A stretch of DNA of 64,000 bases from positions 3,488,001-3,552,000 of the forward strand of contig OY762069.1 of the NCBI GenBank assembly GCA_963665095.1, written 5' to 3'. Source of the stretch: an uncultured Desulfobacter sp. (GTDB taxonomy: Bacteria; Desulfobacterota; Desulfobacteria; Desulfobacterales; Desulfobacteraceae). The notes under the pieces are model-generated. The model worked only from the letters and a program-made list of their open reading frames with translations, searched no databases and was not told where the DNA came from. Positions 19,702-30,078 of the stretch are shown in pieces (within the stretch, counting starts at the first letter, position 1; every line of letters starts with the position of its first letter). Both the position numbers and the translations under genes were made by a program.

Positions 19702-22146
19702 TCAATGGATCCCGCCGGGTTCCGATTTAATCTTTGACCCCGGCCGAACCTGCTCCAGGGCTGCTGCGGCCATGACCTGGCCAAGGGCAATGCCTGCATC
19801 CCCGCAGGGGACAATGGTGTGGGTATACACCTTAAACCCTTTTGTTTCAAGCAAGCGGGAAATTAAAGAAAAAATGGTATCATTATTAAACACCCCGCCG
19901 GAAAGCACCACCCGGTCAAGGCCGGTCTGCTGCCGGACCTGGTCGGCTGCCGCCACCATCATCTCCGACAGGGTCAGATGAAACCGGGCCGAAATCAGGC
20001 CCGTGGAGACACCGTCTCTGATATCGGCCACCATCTGCTGCACACAGGGTGATAGATCCATGATCAGACACGGGGGCAACGTCGAATCCATTTCCGAATG
20101 CTGACCCGGAGCAGAATTCTGACCCGAACTCTGACCCGAACTCTGACCTGTCCGGATCTCAAAGGAATAGGCTGCCTGATCTTCCTGCTGTGGATCTGCC
20201 GCCGCCTCAAGGGCCATGGCCGCCTGGCTGTCGTAGGTGATGGTCCGGCAGATCATCAGAAGCGCGGCCACGGCATCAAAGAGCCGGCCCGTGCTGGAGG
20301 TCAAAGGAGAGTTCACCTGCCGGTCTATCATCTGGATCAAAAATGAAAGTTTTTTTTCATCCAGGCTCCGGATAAAGGGGATGGGAAGGGTTACTGTTTC
20401 CGGGCCGAACACCTTATATAACAGGGAGACCGCCATGCGCCAGGGTTCCAGAACTGCTGCATCCCCGCCGGGCATGGGCAGGTAATCCAGCCGGGCACAG
20501 CGGTCAAACCCCTCATAGGTACAGGCCAGAATCTCTCCCCCCCAGATATGGCCGTCCGTGCCAAGGCCGGTGCCGTCCAAGGTCAGGGCAAGGACCTTTC
20601 CATCCAGATGATTTTCCGCCATGCAGGAGAGCGCATGGGCATGGTGGTGCTGGACCCCTGCCAGGGGCAGGCCCTCTTTTTCCAGCATCCGGGCGTATTG
20701 GGTGGAAAAATATCCCGGGTGAAGATCGCCTGCCACACAGTCCGGCCGGATATCCATAATTTTTTGCATGTGCCCGATGGTCTCTTTGTAAAATCCCTGC
20801 ACCTGAAGGGATTCCAGATCCCCGATGTGGGGACTTAAAAACGCATATCTGCCCTTTGTCAGGCAGATGGTGGATTTCATCCCCGCCCCGCATCCAAGGA
20901 TATTGGGAAGGCCTTCCCCTGCCAGGGGGCCTAAATCCACAGGCAGCGGGGCATATCCCCTGGACCGCCTTAAAAAACGGACCTTTCCCTTTTGAATCCT
21001 GGCAATGGAATCATCTGCCCGGAAAAAGATCTCCCGGTTGTGGAGCAGAAAATAGTCGGCAATATGGGAGAAGGCATCCAGGGCATCGTCATTATCAATG
21101 GAGAGGGGTTCGCCGGAGCGGTTTCCCGAGGTCATGACCAGAATACCGGGCCCCTTGTCTAACAGAAGATAGTGCAGCGGGGTGTAGGGCAGCATGATCC
21201 CCAGACACAGGTTGTCCAAGGATAGGTTGGCCGCAAGGCCCGCCCCCTGAATCCGGGCCGAATCCTTTTTATTTAGTAGTACAATGGGCCGGTGATAGGA
21301 GCGTAGAAGCGCTTTTTCATCTTCATCCATATCCACATGGTCGAACAGCGGCGAATCCCAGGGCGCCATCAGGGCAAAGGGTTTATGGGGGCGCTTTTTT
21401 CTTTGGCGCAAAAGTCCCACCGCATGGGCATTGGCCGCATCCACAGCCAGATGAAACCCGCCAAGACCCTTGACTGCCACAATTTTCCCCTGGGCCAGGA
21501 ACTGTGCCGCAAGCGAGATGGCCTTTGCCGGATCCCCGCCATCCACGGGGTTCCCGCAGCTGTCCGTGAGAAACACCTTGGGTCCGCAAACCGGGCAGGC
21601 ATTGGGCTGGGCATGAAACCTTCGGTCATAGGGATCTTCATATTCCCTTTGGCAGTCCGGGCACATGGGAAAGGATTTCATGGAGGTTTTGGGCCGGTCG
21701 TAGGGGATGTCCTCGATGATGGTGTATCTGGGCCCGCAATTGGTGCAGTTGATAAAGGGATATTCAAACCGGCGGTCGCCCGGGTCCTGCATCTCTTTAA
21801 GACAGTCCGGACAGACCCCCACATCCGGGGAGATCAGGGTGGATCGGGTCTCAGCGCCCTGGCTTTTAATAATTTTAAAATCTGTAAAATCCCCGGGAGT
21901 GGTCTCCTGCGCCACAATATTTGAAATCTGCGACAGGACAGGTTTTTTTTTAAGGATATCTGAAAGAAAGGCATCCAGGTCACAAGTGCTGCCCTGGACA
22001 AAAAGCGTCACGCCGGAAGCGGTATTGGCCACATGGCCGCAAAGATGATGGACCCTGGCAAGGCCGAATAAAAAGGGGCGGAATCCAACACCCTGAACCA
22101 CCCCTGAAATCTCTACCTTTTTTGCCGAAAGGCCGGAATCACCCAT
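19702..22146 (-). CDS. hypF: Carbamoyltransferase HypF
   Basis: GVVQGVGFRPF, zinc-finger CxxC pairs, KGLGGFHL, QHHHAH and GGVFNN. Confidence 0.97.
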   Translation of the reverse strand: MGDSGLSAKKVEISGVVQGVGFRPFLFGLARVHHLCGHVANTASGVTLFVQGSTCDLDAFLSDILKKKPVLSQISNIVAQETTPGDFTDFKIIKSQGAETRSTLISPDVGVCPDCLKEMQDPGDRRFEYPFINCTNCGPRYTIIEDIPYDRPKTSMKSFPMCPDCQREYEDPYDRRFHAQPNACPVCGPKVFLTDSCGNPVDGGDPAKAISLAAQFLAQGKIVAVKGLGGFHLAVDAANAHAVGLLRQRKKRPHKPFALMAPWDSPLFDHVDMDEDEKALLRSYHRPIVLLNKKDSARIQGAGLAANLSLDNLCLGIMLPYTPLHYLLLDKGPGILVMTSGNRSGEPLSIDNDDALDAFSHIADYFLLHNREIFFRADDSIARIQKGKVRFLRRSRGYAPLPVDLGPLAGEGLPNILGCGAGMKSTICLTKGRYAFLSPHIGDLESLQVQGFYKETIGHMQKIMDIRPDCVAGDLHPGYFSTQYARMLEKEGLPLAGVQHHHAHALSCMAENHLDGKVLALTLDGTGLGTDGHIWGGEILACTYEGFDRCARLDYLPMPGGDAAVLEPWRMAVSLLYKVFGPETVTLPIPFIRSLDEKKLSFLIQMIDRQVNSPLTSSTGRLFDAVAALLMICRTITYDSQAAMALEAAADPQQEDQAAYSFEIRTGQSSGQSSGQNSAPGQHSEMDSTLPPCLIMDLSPCVQQMVADIRDGVSTGLISARFHLTLSEMMVAAADQVRQQTGLDRVVLSGGVFNNDTIFSLISRLLETKGFKVYTHTIVPCGDAGIALGQVMAAAALEQVRPGSKIKSEPGGIH

Positions 22147-22156
22147 ACAGACAAAG

Positions 22157-22387
22157 TCAGGCCGGGCCGCCGCCCAGCTCAAGAATTTTGCGCATGTCTG
22201 CAATGGTCTGAAGTGCTGCTTCCTCATCCACTTTGGATATGGCAAATCCGGCATGAACAATGACATAATCACCGATACCGGCATCTTCGAGCAGCATCAG
22301 GCTTGCCTCTCGGACCACTCCGTCCACTTCCACCTTTGCCACTGCATTGTTGATTTCAATTATTTTTGAAGGTACGGCCAAACACAT
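22157..22387 (-). CDS. hypC: Hydrogenase chaperone HypC
   Basis: MCLAVP N-terminus; VIVHAGFA. Confidence 0.97.
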   Translation of the reverse strand: MCLAVPSKIIEINNAVAKVEVDGVVREASLMLLEDAGIGDYVIVHAGFAISKVDEEAALQTIADMRKILELGGGPA

Positions 22388-22703
22388 AAGTCTTAACTTT
22401 CCATCCAGTCAGTTTAAATTTTCTGATACATATTTCACAGTATACCACAAGCACCTCTGTGAACAACCCCGAATTCGTGTCCTTCCCAATTACAAACCGG
22501 GAATCAGTCCGTCATCATTTTTTTATTTGATTCCTTTCAAGAAAGCCATGACATTGGTACTATCAGTGACAGCAGCCATGATAAAAAAGTCAGCAGTCCC
22601 GAACTGATATAAGAGGAATAACACTTGAGACAGGCTGCCCGATGAAACATTTGCGCCGGGATACCGGTAAAAAAGCCATGCCAGAAAAAGGACAGAAGCA
22701 CCC

Positions 22704-23588
22704 ATGAAAATCTATCTTGACTGTATACCATGTTTTATCCGGCAGGCGCTTGAGGCTGTCACAATGGTCACCAGTGACACCAAACAGCAGGAAACCGTCA
22801 TCAGGAAAGTTCTGGCCCTGGCCGCAGACATGGATATGGCACAGACACCGCCGGTAATGGCCCAGCAGATTCACCGCATGGTCCGGGAACTGGCACAGGA
22901 TAATGATCCCTATCGCGACGTCAAAAGGCAGTTTACGCAGCTGGCCTTGCAGCTTCTTCCCGGGATGGAAAAAGCTGTCCGGGAGGCTGACGATCCGTTG
23001 GGCGCAGCCGTACGCCTGGCCATTGCCGGAAATATTATTGATTTCGGCGTCACCGCAAATATAGCTGAAGATCAAGTGGAAAAAGAGTTAAACAACGCCT
23101 TGGCCTGCGATATTGACGAGCATCAGCTTGATCTGTTCAGAAAAGAGATAAATAAGGCGGATACCATTCTTTATCTGACTGACAATGCCGGAGAAATTGT
23201 TTTTGACCGCCTTCTCATTGAACAGATCGATCCGAAAAAAGTGACAGTGGCTGTGAAGGGGTTCCCCATCATAAACGATGCCACGCGTGAGGATGCGCAT
23301 TTGGCCGGGCTGGACACCATGGTCAGATTAATTGATAACGGCACCGACATCCCGGGAACCGACCTGAAGAACGGATCTGAGGCGCTTAAAGAGCTGTTTG
23401 ACCGGGCAGACCTGGTTATCTCCAAGGGCCAGGGAAACTATGAGACGCTCAGCGACATGAATAAAAACATCTTTTTCATTTTAAAAGCCAAGTGTACCGT
23501 TATCGCAAAGGATATAGGATGCTGTGTGGGAAGCATGATCCTGACCGGAAGTCATTCATACAAAAACGTTACGGCCCGGACAATCTGA
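22704..23588 (+). CDS. DUF89/ARMT1-like damage-control phosphatase
   Basis: CIPC, GNIIDFG, DNAGEIVFD and KGQGNYETL. Confidence 0.88.
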   Translation: MKIYLDCIPCFIRQALEAVTMVTSDTKQQETVIRKVLALAADMDMAQTPPVMAQQIHRMVRELAQDNDPYRDVKRQFTQLALQLLPGMEKAVREADDPLGAAVRLAIAGNIIDFGVTANIAEDQVEKELNNALACDIDEHQLDLFRKEINKADTILYLTDNAGEIVFDRLLIEQIDPKKVTVAVKGFPIINDATREDAHLAGLDTMVRLIDNGTDIPGTDLKNGSEALKELFDRADLVISKGQGNYETLSDMNKNIFFILKAKCTVIAKDIGCCVGSMILTGSHSYKNVTARTI

Positions 23589-23701
23589 GGCCCAGCCGCC
23601 TTCCCCGACATCGAAACGCCTGATGACACCCTGGGGCCAGGGGTGAACACGGCTTGACAAAAACAACACCGGGGACTTGGCATCCCCAATGGAGAATCAG
23701 G

Positions 23702-25111
23702 ATGATTTACCGAATGTTAAAAACAGCACTCCTTTTTCTCCTGCTGCCCCATCTGGCGCTTCTGTCTTTCCATGCGGCCCTTCTGGTTACAAACCAGGCC
23801 GGCCCTTCCCTGGAAACAATTCTATACGGGGGCATGGTCCTTATCTGCCTGTTCTCCTTTATCCATGGTGTCTGGAAGGATCGTAAAAAAGGCCCGTCTG
23901 CTGTAACGCATCGCTTCATTATTTTGCCCCTGGTACTGGCAGGTACCCTGGTCTGGCTGGGGCAGGACGGCCCGTTGCCAGAAAACGACTATCAGGATAC
24001 GGATGTCGTCTGTGCTTCTGATTCCGGATACCTGCTGTTAAAACAATTGAGCGACATGGATGCCCAGACTATTCTGGCACCTGTCCCGGAAGGGCTGGAC
24101 GCTTTAAAGAATGATCCGGTTCAGTTCGAAGCCACCTGGAAAAAAATGAAGCCGTACAGACAGATTGTTGATGAGCTGTCAAAAACGGAAACCATTTGCG
24201 ATCTCTCACCGAACGCCCCCATTGACGGAAAAATTGTCTATCTGAATATCACTCATCTAAAAACCTTAACCCGGATTTATAACCAACATTTCTTATCCGG
24301 TGTCCAATTTGACGCCCGCGGACCCGAAGATGAATTTATCCGGCTGTTCACCCTCTGGACAACGGCGTTTAAAACCGCACGAATCTTTCTGCACAAAATA
24401 ATGTTTGCCTCTTTTCTGGAATCCCAGATTCAGACGGCGTTTCAGGCTGTCTCTTCGGGCAGATGTAATGGAAAGACCCGTGAACAGCTTGAAAATATGA
24501 CAAGGCAGTTCAATGCTTCCGCAATATCTTTGAAACTGCCGGCAATCACCGAATACCTGATCCTGAAAAACACCCTGCTTAACGTCAGCCCGGCACATCT
24601 GCTGGACTGGCAGGTGGTTTCCCCGGATCCTGTGGAAGCAGGGCATGACCAGAACCCCGGCCTTTCAAGGTGGGTCTGGTATTTCTGCTTTAAGCCCAAT
24701 CTGACAGTGACCGGAATAAAGCCATATTTTGATCACCTGATCAAAGGTTACGCCCACCCCCCGACAGATTTAAGCCGGGCAAAAGATTACATGGACAGAT
24801 ATTTAACTCGTCTTCCGGTCAAAAATCTGGTGGGATGGGTGTTAAATGCCATAGCTGCGCCTGATTTTTCCCGTTTCAGTTCACGGGTTGAATCGGTAAA
24901 AATCAAAAATGATCTTTTAACGGCAGCCATATGCCTGACCCTGAAAAAAGACCCGGAGGTAATTGATCTATATACGCAACACGCCCTGCGCTTTAAAGAA
25001 AAAAGAGGTCAGATGATCCATCCGGGGGCAGACGGTCAGTATGACACCAAAGATGATATCATCCTGGATTGCCAGCAGCCAGGCCCGATCCGCAACAAAA
25101 CAGGAAAGTAG
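23702..25111 (+). CDS. Hypothetical membrane-anchored protein
   Basis: Long ORF with three N-terminal hydrophobic segments; C-terminal GADGQYDTKDDI. Confidence 0.65.
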   Translation: MIYRMLKTALLFLLLPHLALLSFHAALLVTNQAGPSLETILYGGMVLICLFSFIHGVWKDRKKGPSAVTHRFIILPLVLAGTLVWLGQDGPLPENDYQDTDVVCASDSGYLLLKQLSDMDAQTILAPVPEGLDALKNDPVQFEATWKKMKPYRQIVDELSKTETICDLSPNAPIDGKIVYLNITHLKTLTRIYNQHFLSGVQFDARGPEDEFIRLFTLWTTAFKTARIFLHKIMFASFLESQIQTAFQAVSSGRCNGKTREQLENMTRQFNASAISLKLPAITEYLILKNTLLNVSPAHLLDWQVVSPDPVEAGHDQNPGLSRWVWYFCFKPNLTVTGIKPYFDHLIKGYAHPPTDLSRAKDYMDRYLTRLPVKNLVGWVLNAIAAPDFSRFSSRVESVKIKNDLLTAAICLTLKKDPEVIDLYTQHALRFKEKRGQMIHPGADGQYDTKDDIILDCQQPGPIRNKTGK

Positions 25112-25419
25112 TTTAAGAGCTTACAGCAGATCCAATCCCATGGCCCTTAAAAGTTTAATCCTTCTCTCTTTCCCTGCATTTAGAACGTGGTAAAGATCTT
25201 TTCATAAATTCCTTGGGGAGGTGGCGTTTTGGGCAGCATGCGGTATTTATCAATTTTCTGTACGGGTTTGGTGCCGGTAATGGCGGATGCAATACTATCC
25301 GGATGCGGGCCGGGGGCATATGTCCTGGACTGCAATCCCTTTGCGCCGGTCAATCCTATAACGGTTGTATCAAGGGTGAACATCCTGTGTTATGCCGTGG
25401 TCTTTTTCTGGTTCCGTAT

Positions 25420-26365
25420 GTTCGAGGCGGTCCCGGTGGCCCGGGGCCTGACCTACAAGGAGGCCGGGGCCAGGCTCTATATTTCCGAACGAACGGTCAA
25501 GTACCACATGGGAGAGATTGTGGAGCGCCTGCAGCTTGCCAACAAGCACCAGGAATCGACAACAACACGCCGGTCTTTTCTGAAGACCGCCGCTGCCTCG
25601 ACACTGCTGATGGCCAGCGGCAGCACCGGTTTAATCTCCGGGTGTGACCGCGATAAACCTTTTGTCGTAAGCGCTTATTCGAAAATCCTGCTCCATGATT
25701 TCCGCCTCTTTGACGGTATTCAGGGCCAATTGAGCAACAACCTGGTGATTCCGATAGCTGGTGACCGGATCGAGGGCATCGAACAGGCGGGAAGCCTTGA
25801 ACAGTACAGGGATTATCACCGTATCGACTTGAAGGGAATGACGCTCCTGCCGGGGCTCATCGACAATCATGTCCATATCACGGTTCCCTTTATGTACAAC
25901 GTAAACCTGCAGGCGGCCTGGCAGATGAACGAGCAGGTCGGGCGCAACTTTAAAAATTGCATCCTCAACGGTGTGACCACCGTCCGGGATGTGGGCGGCT
26001 TTCCCGGAAAAATCAACCGCTTTCGCGAGATGTGTGACCGCGGCGAAATCCCGGGACCCCGCGTTGTCAGCTCTCTCTCGCCTATTGCCGCACGGGATGG
26101 CAACCTGCTCGGGGCTCCCGAAGCGGCAGAGCAGATGTCATCCAGGCTGACGGCTTTTCTGGAGAACGAAAACCGGACCTTGGAAGGCGAAGCCTATGAG
26201 AACCTGCAGGGCCACCCGGTCTATGAACGAAAAATGTTTCCCAACGTTCTGGCCAATCTCAGGAAGCTTTACGATTCCGGCGCCAAAATCGGCGTCGGAA
26301 CGGATATCCGGGCCATGGACAGGTTGCGGTTCGTTATGAAAGGCGGTGTCGTATACCCTGTCTGA
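25420..26365 (+). pseudogene. Chimeric remnant: LuxR HTH fragment joined to a Tat-signal amidohydrolase with internal deletions
   Basis: GLTYKEAGARLYISERTVKYH (LuxR), TRRSFLK (Tat), LLPGLIDNHVH, GVTTVRDVG, GTD and VMKGG; too short for an intact enzyme. Confidence 0.65.
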
Positions 26366-26473
26366 AACAGTCACAGCAGAAAAGGGGTCAGATCTTGAAA
26401 TATCACTTTTTTTTCTTATTAATGACTTTGCTGACAGTAATTCGAGGGCCGCTTTACCTAATTTCAACATCAA

Positions 26474-26580
26474 ATATGACTTAAATTTTTAAGCCGTATT
26501 CAAGGCGTGCTACTGGGAGCATATTCGAAGTATGTGCCCAGTGACGCAACGCAGAAGACGGCTTAAAAGGCAAGTCATAT
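26474..26580. repeat. 107-bp imperfect palindrome, divergent ERIC-like element
   Basis: ATATGACTT...AAGTCATAT termini; internal CAAGGCG and GCAACGCAG as in the 46.9 and 60.6 kb elements. Confidence 0.65.
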
Positions 26581-26618
26581 GAATGGTTTTATTTTGATTG
26601 CGAGCCTGACCCAAAGGC

Positions 26619-26995
26619 TCAGGCATTGATAATTTTTATATCATATTTAGATATCATTTATCCCGGGTAATCAATGTCAGCTTTTCAATCATGGACTGGG
26701 CAACCAGCATTCGGTCAAAGGGATCTTGGTGAATATCAGGCAGTTTCCCGGCAAGTTGAGCATGTTCAAATCTCATGGGTAACTGGGTGAAACGATGGCG
26801 TCTGATCTCTTCAAGAAGGTTGTCCGGGGCTTCAAGTTTACCCAGGGCCATTTTTATGCTGATTTCCCAGACCGAGGCGGCACTTACAAATACTATATTT
26901 TTGGCGTCAACAATAGCGGTTACAGCCGATGGTGAAAGTGTTGGATTGTTTTCCAGTGCCCAGATAAGTACATGGGTATCAAGAAGAATATTCAT
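26619..26995 (-). pseudogene. vapC: PIN-domain toxin with a late frameshift
   Basis: LLDTH, SVWEI and HQDPFDRML; stops at TRDK but continues in another frame as MISKYDIKIINA to 26619. Confidence 0.75.
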
Positions 26996-27252
26996 TGTTG
27001 ATCCGGGAAAATAGTGGAATTGTAAAAATTGTCTGCGATCCTTTCGTCAATCTGGTTAAAATCATCAGATACTTTTACTTTACCTTCCCAATTCCCGCCT
27101 AATTTGCGTGGTGTGTGATCCTGTTTGTAAGCAGACAAAACAGCAATGGGTTTTCCTGCTTTTCCGATAATAACAGGTTCATCCGTTTCCTGGACCATTT
27201 TTATTAAATAGGACAAGTTGGCCTTTGCTTCTGAAATAGTTTTAATATGCAT
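26992..27252 (-). CDS. Phd/YefM-family antitoxin
   Basis: TISEAKANLSYLI...VIIGKAGKPIAVL; RBS AAGGAGG; ATGA overlap with vapC. Confidence 0.88.
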   Translation of the reverse strand: MHIKTISEAKANLSYLIKMVQETDEPVIIGKAGKPIAVLSAYKQDHTPRKLGGNWEGKVKVSDDFNQIDERIADNFYNSTIFPDQQ

Positions 27253-27485
27253 CAGCTGCCTCCTTTGGAAAAGATACAAATAAAAGTTAGTCTGGTCTGG
27301 TCTGGTCTGATTGTCAAGCGCATAATGGCTTGGCATGGATTGGGTTGAGACGCATAATTGTGCCGGGTTTTATAATTCTGCTGTATGTCCGGCAACCACA
27401 TAAACAGGATCAGACATGCGGATTTTGGCAAATGTCTGTCGTCCACCGGCCATGGGTAGCCCCGCAGAGACCGGGTTGAAATAGA

Positions 27486-27533
27486 TAGTGTTTGGACGAA
27501 AAGTCACCCATCTGCGGCGTTGCAGAAAAATTT
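27486..27533 (+). repeat. Truncated ERIC-like element
   Basis: TAGTGTTTGGACGAAAAGTCACCCATCTGCGGCGTTGC matches the ends of the 46.9 and 60.6 kb copies. Confidence 0.8.
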
Positions 27534-27534
27534 G

Positions 27535-27640
27535 GGTGGAATCTCGATCATGGCCTTGTTGATCAGCACGGCCACAGGGTTGAGATCGGAGGCATAACTC
27601 TCCAATCCCAGGCGCTGGGACTCCAGGGGAAGGGCAACTT
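27535..27640 (-). pseudogene. Fragment of a DUF1156-type adenine DNA methyltransferase
   Basis: Minus strand reads [33 protein letters not shown]. Confidence 0.7.
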
Positions 27641-27643
27641 CAA

Positions 27644-27985
27644 TCAGCTTTTTTCCAGTTCCCGGTCAACCGGCTCAAAACCAAGCTCCTTTTCAACGGA
27701 CATGACAACGGCTCTGGCCCTGGCAGCGGCGGCCTGGGTATTCAGGGGCGGGTATATGCCTGTCACGTCTGCAGTCTGTGTGTCCGCATCCCCGGCCATG
27801 GTGCTGACAAGTCCTTTGGGCACAATCAGTATCCCGCTGATCACCACCGGCGGCAGGGGGGAGATCCGGGCCTCCAGATCAAGCGCTTCAAGGCGTTTCT
27901 GCAAACGGCCCTGGAGCAGGTCCGCCCACTTCCCGGCCACAATATTCCACAGGTGGCACACTTCGGTCTGGCCGATGCGGTGGTA
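27644..27985 (-). pseudogene. Collapsed fragments of a SNF2-family helicase (motif VI plus C-terminal region before DUF3883)
   Basis: HRIGQTEVCHLWNIVAG joined to ADLLQGRLQKRLEAL...PPVVISG...[20 protein letters not shown]. Confidence 0.7.
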
Positions 27986-28098
27986 CTATTGAACTGACCG
28001 GTATAAAAAGAGTCCCTGTTGCAGATCAAACTCAACCCAGGGAGTTGAGGCCTGTCAAAGGGTAAATCCCGGGGGCTGTATCGCCCCCGAAGATCCAA

Positions 28099-28548
28099 CT
28101 ATTTTTTTTCGAGCCCGGCCAGATAGGCCTCAAATGCCTGTTTCCCTTCAGTTTCCCAAAATGCCTGGTAGTGGGTTTGGTCCGGCCCGGAAAGGTGGGT
28201 TGCGTCCGCTGTCGCCTCCTTGTCGCCGGCACGGTCATGCCACTTTGTTCGATGGCTGAAACAGCTCAACCTGTCATTTTTCTCCTTTAATCCGTGGGGC
28301 CTGTGGCCAAAGCCTCCGAACACCAGCCGGGCAAGGATAATGATCCCCACAGCCTGCCAGTAGGTGATTTCAGGTAGATCGAATATGGGTGTAAGCGTGG
28401 CAGCCCAAAGGTATTTCACGGCCATGCCGAAAATCAGGGTGAACAAGGTGGCCAATGCCAGCCCCGTACAAACCCAGAAAATGATCCTGTGAAAATTTCC
28501 GGCCATTCGTCTGCCGTTTGATTGATTATCGTTGGTTTTCATGTTCAA
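28099..28548 (-). CDS. Membrane protein downstream of the ECF sigma factor
   Basis: TM segments and LPEITYWQAVG..ILARLVFGG; 4-nt overlap with the sigma gene. Confidence 0.75.
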   Translation of the reverse strand: MNMKTNDNQSNGRRMAGNFHRIIFWVCTGLALATLFTLIFGMAVKYLWAATLTPIFDLPEITYWQAVGIIILARLVFGGFGHRPHGLKEKNDRLSCFSHRTKWHDRAGDKEATADATHLSGPDQTHYQAFWETEGKQAFEAYLAGLEKK

Positions 28549-29099
28549 TACTCCATAGACTTATGTTTATTTTTTTTAACTTCACCAAGCAGTTTTTTCA
28601 TTGCCCGGGATTTTTTGGACAGTAAGGTGTTAATGGGGATCTTCCATCTTGAAGAGAGCTCTTTGAATGTCCGGCCTTCAATTTCCGTTGCGATGACAAG
28701 GGCCCGCTCCTCTTGGGAAAGGCGGTTCAGATGTTCATAAAGCTCTTCAATCGTTTCTTTTCTTTGGATGTCGGGGCTGCCGCCGGCCTCTTTTAAAATA
28801 TCGGCAAAGCAGATCTCTTCGGTTCTGTTCACAGGTGCATCAAGGGAGACGGTGTTTCGTTTCAACCTGAAATAATCAACGATCTCGTTGCGCAGGGATC
28901 TGTATACGTATGCAGACAGATTTTCCACAGGGGCTGAAATATCCGCACGGGAGAACAGGTTGGCCGCCACTTCCTGGACAAAATCCTCCGCATCCTGGGC
29001 AGCCAGGTCGTCCACCTTTTTACGGACAAAGCCGACCATCCTCTTATACTCCGAGGCAAAGAATTCGGTCAGACGATTTCGTTGTGTTTGAATAGTCAT
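28545..29099 (-). CDS. ECF RNA polymerase sigma factor
   Basis: AEDFVQEV, RNEIVDYFR and region 4 EGRTFKELS...INTLLSKKSRA. Confidence 0.9.
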   Translation of the reverse strand: MTIQTQRNRLTEFFASEYKRMVGFVRKKVDDLAAQDAEDFVQEVAANLFSRADISAPVENLSAYVYRSLRNEIVDYFRLKRNTVSLDAPVNRTEEICFADILKEAGGSPDIQRKETIEELYEHLNRLSQEERALVIATEIEGRTFKELSSRWKIPINTLLSKKSRAMKKLLGEVKKNKHKSMEY

Positions 29100-29101
29100 C
29101 T

Positions 29102-29746
29102 TTAAGCGTTTTTAATTAACAGCGAAAACCAGAAATAGGGAAACGGGTTCTTAAAGGTAATCTCCTTTTCTCCAATCCCCATACTCATCAGCATCGAAAT
29201 GATTTCCACTTTAGTATATGCTGCCCGCACGGATTCAAACAAGCCGTTGCCCAACGGTAAATAATAGAGCCATGAAACCCGTTTCAAGTCATGAATAAAA
29301 AGGGTGCCGGTCTGGTTTAATCGACCCATCAGGTGGCGCAGGGCAAGTTCTGGATTGGCCCAGTGATGCAGGGAAAACGTAGAGTAAATAAAGTCGAACC
29401 GCCCTAACGATTCCACAACTTCCCGGTCCTCAATGCTCCCCTGAATAAATCGGACGTTATCTCCGACCCCTTTTTCCTGTAAATACGCTTCAGCAAAGTA
29501 AATCATTTCGGGGGATGGTTCCAGGGCTGTGATTTGGGCTAAAGGTTTTTTTTCTGCAATCTTTGCCGTAAGAAACCCCGGCCCTGGACCTATTTCCAGA
29601 AAATGCCCCTCTGGATTCAGTTGGTGAAAATCCTTTAAAAAAGCCTTGAACTGGGTGCCTGCTCCCTTTTCATGGCGGGCCAGATACTCGGCAGCGTTTT
29701 GGTCTTCTGAAAACGTCTCATCCTTATGCGGAACTCGCATGGTCAT
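29102..29746 (-). CDS. Class I SAM-dependent methyltransferase
   Basis: LEIGPGPG and FDFIYSTFSLHHW. Confidence 0.88.
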   Translation of the reverse strand: MTMRVPHKDETFSEDQNAAEYLARHEKGAGTQFKAFLKDFHQLNPEGHFLEIGPGPGFLTAKIAEKKPLAQITALEPSPEMIYFAEAYLQEKGVGDNVRFIQGSIEDREVVESLGRFDFIYSTFSLHHWANPELALRHLMGRLNQTGTLFIHDLKRVSWLYYLPLGNGLFESVRAAYTKVEIISMLMSMGIGEKEITFKNPFPYFWFSLLIKNA

Positions 29747-30078
29747 ATTATATATACTCCTGTAAAAATATTCTTATTAAGTGTCAAAAATCCGTTCGCG
29801 TTTAAACCGGTTCTATGTGTCTTAACGAATATTTTTCAGAATTTATTGCATTGTTGAAAAAAAAAGATCTGCTGTTGATTTTCAGAGAGGAAATATTATA
29901 ACGCACTGCCATGATAAAAGTTATCTCAAAATATTTATTTTGAGATGGCTCCTAATACGAATCAAGCAATGTCATAAACCGCAGTAAAGAGATGACGGTT
30001 ACATCACTGCTGACAGCGAATTCATCATCCCCCTGGACTTGTTAGGCACGAAGTGAAGCTTTAGCGCTCAACAGGCTC

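Noticed and set aside
30030..30060. Integron attC core (GTTAGGC)
   Set aside because: No matching partner box or cassette array, and no integrase.
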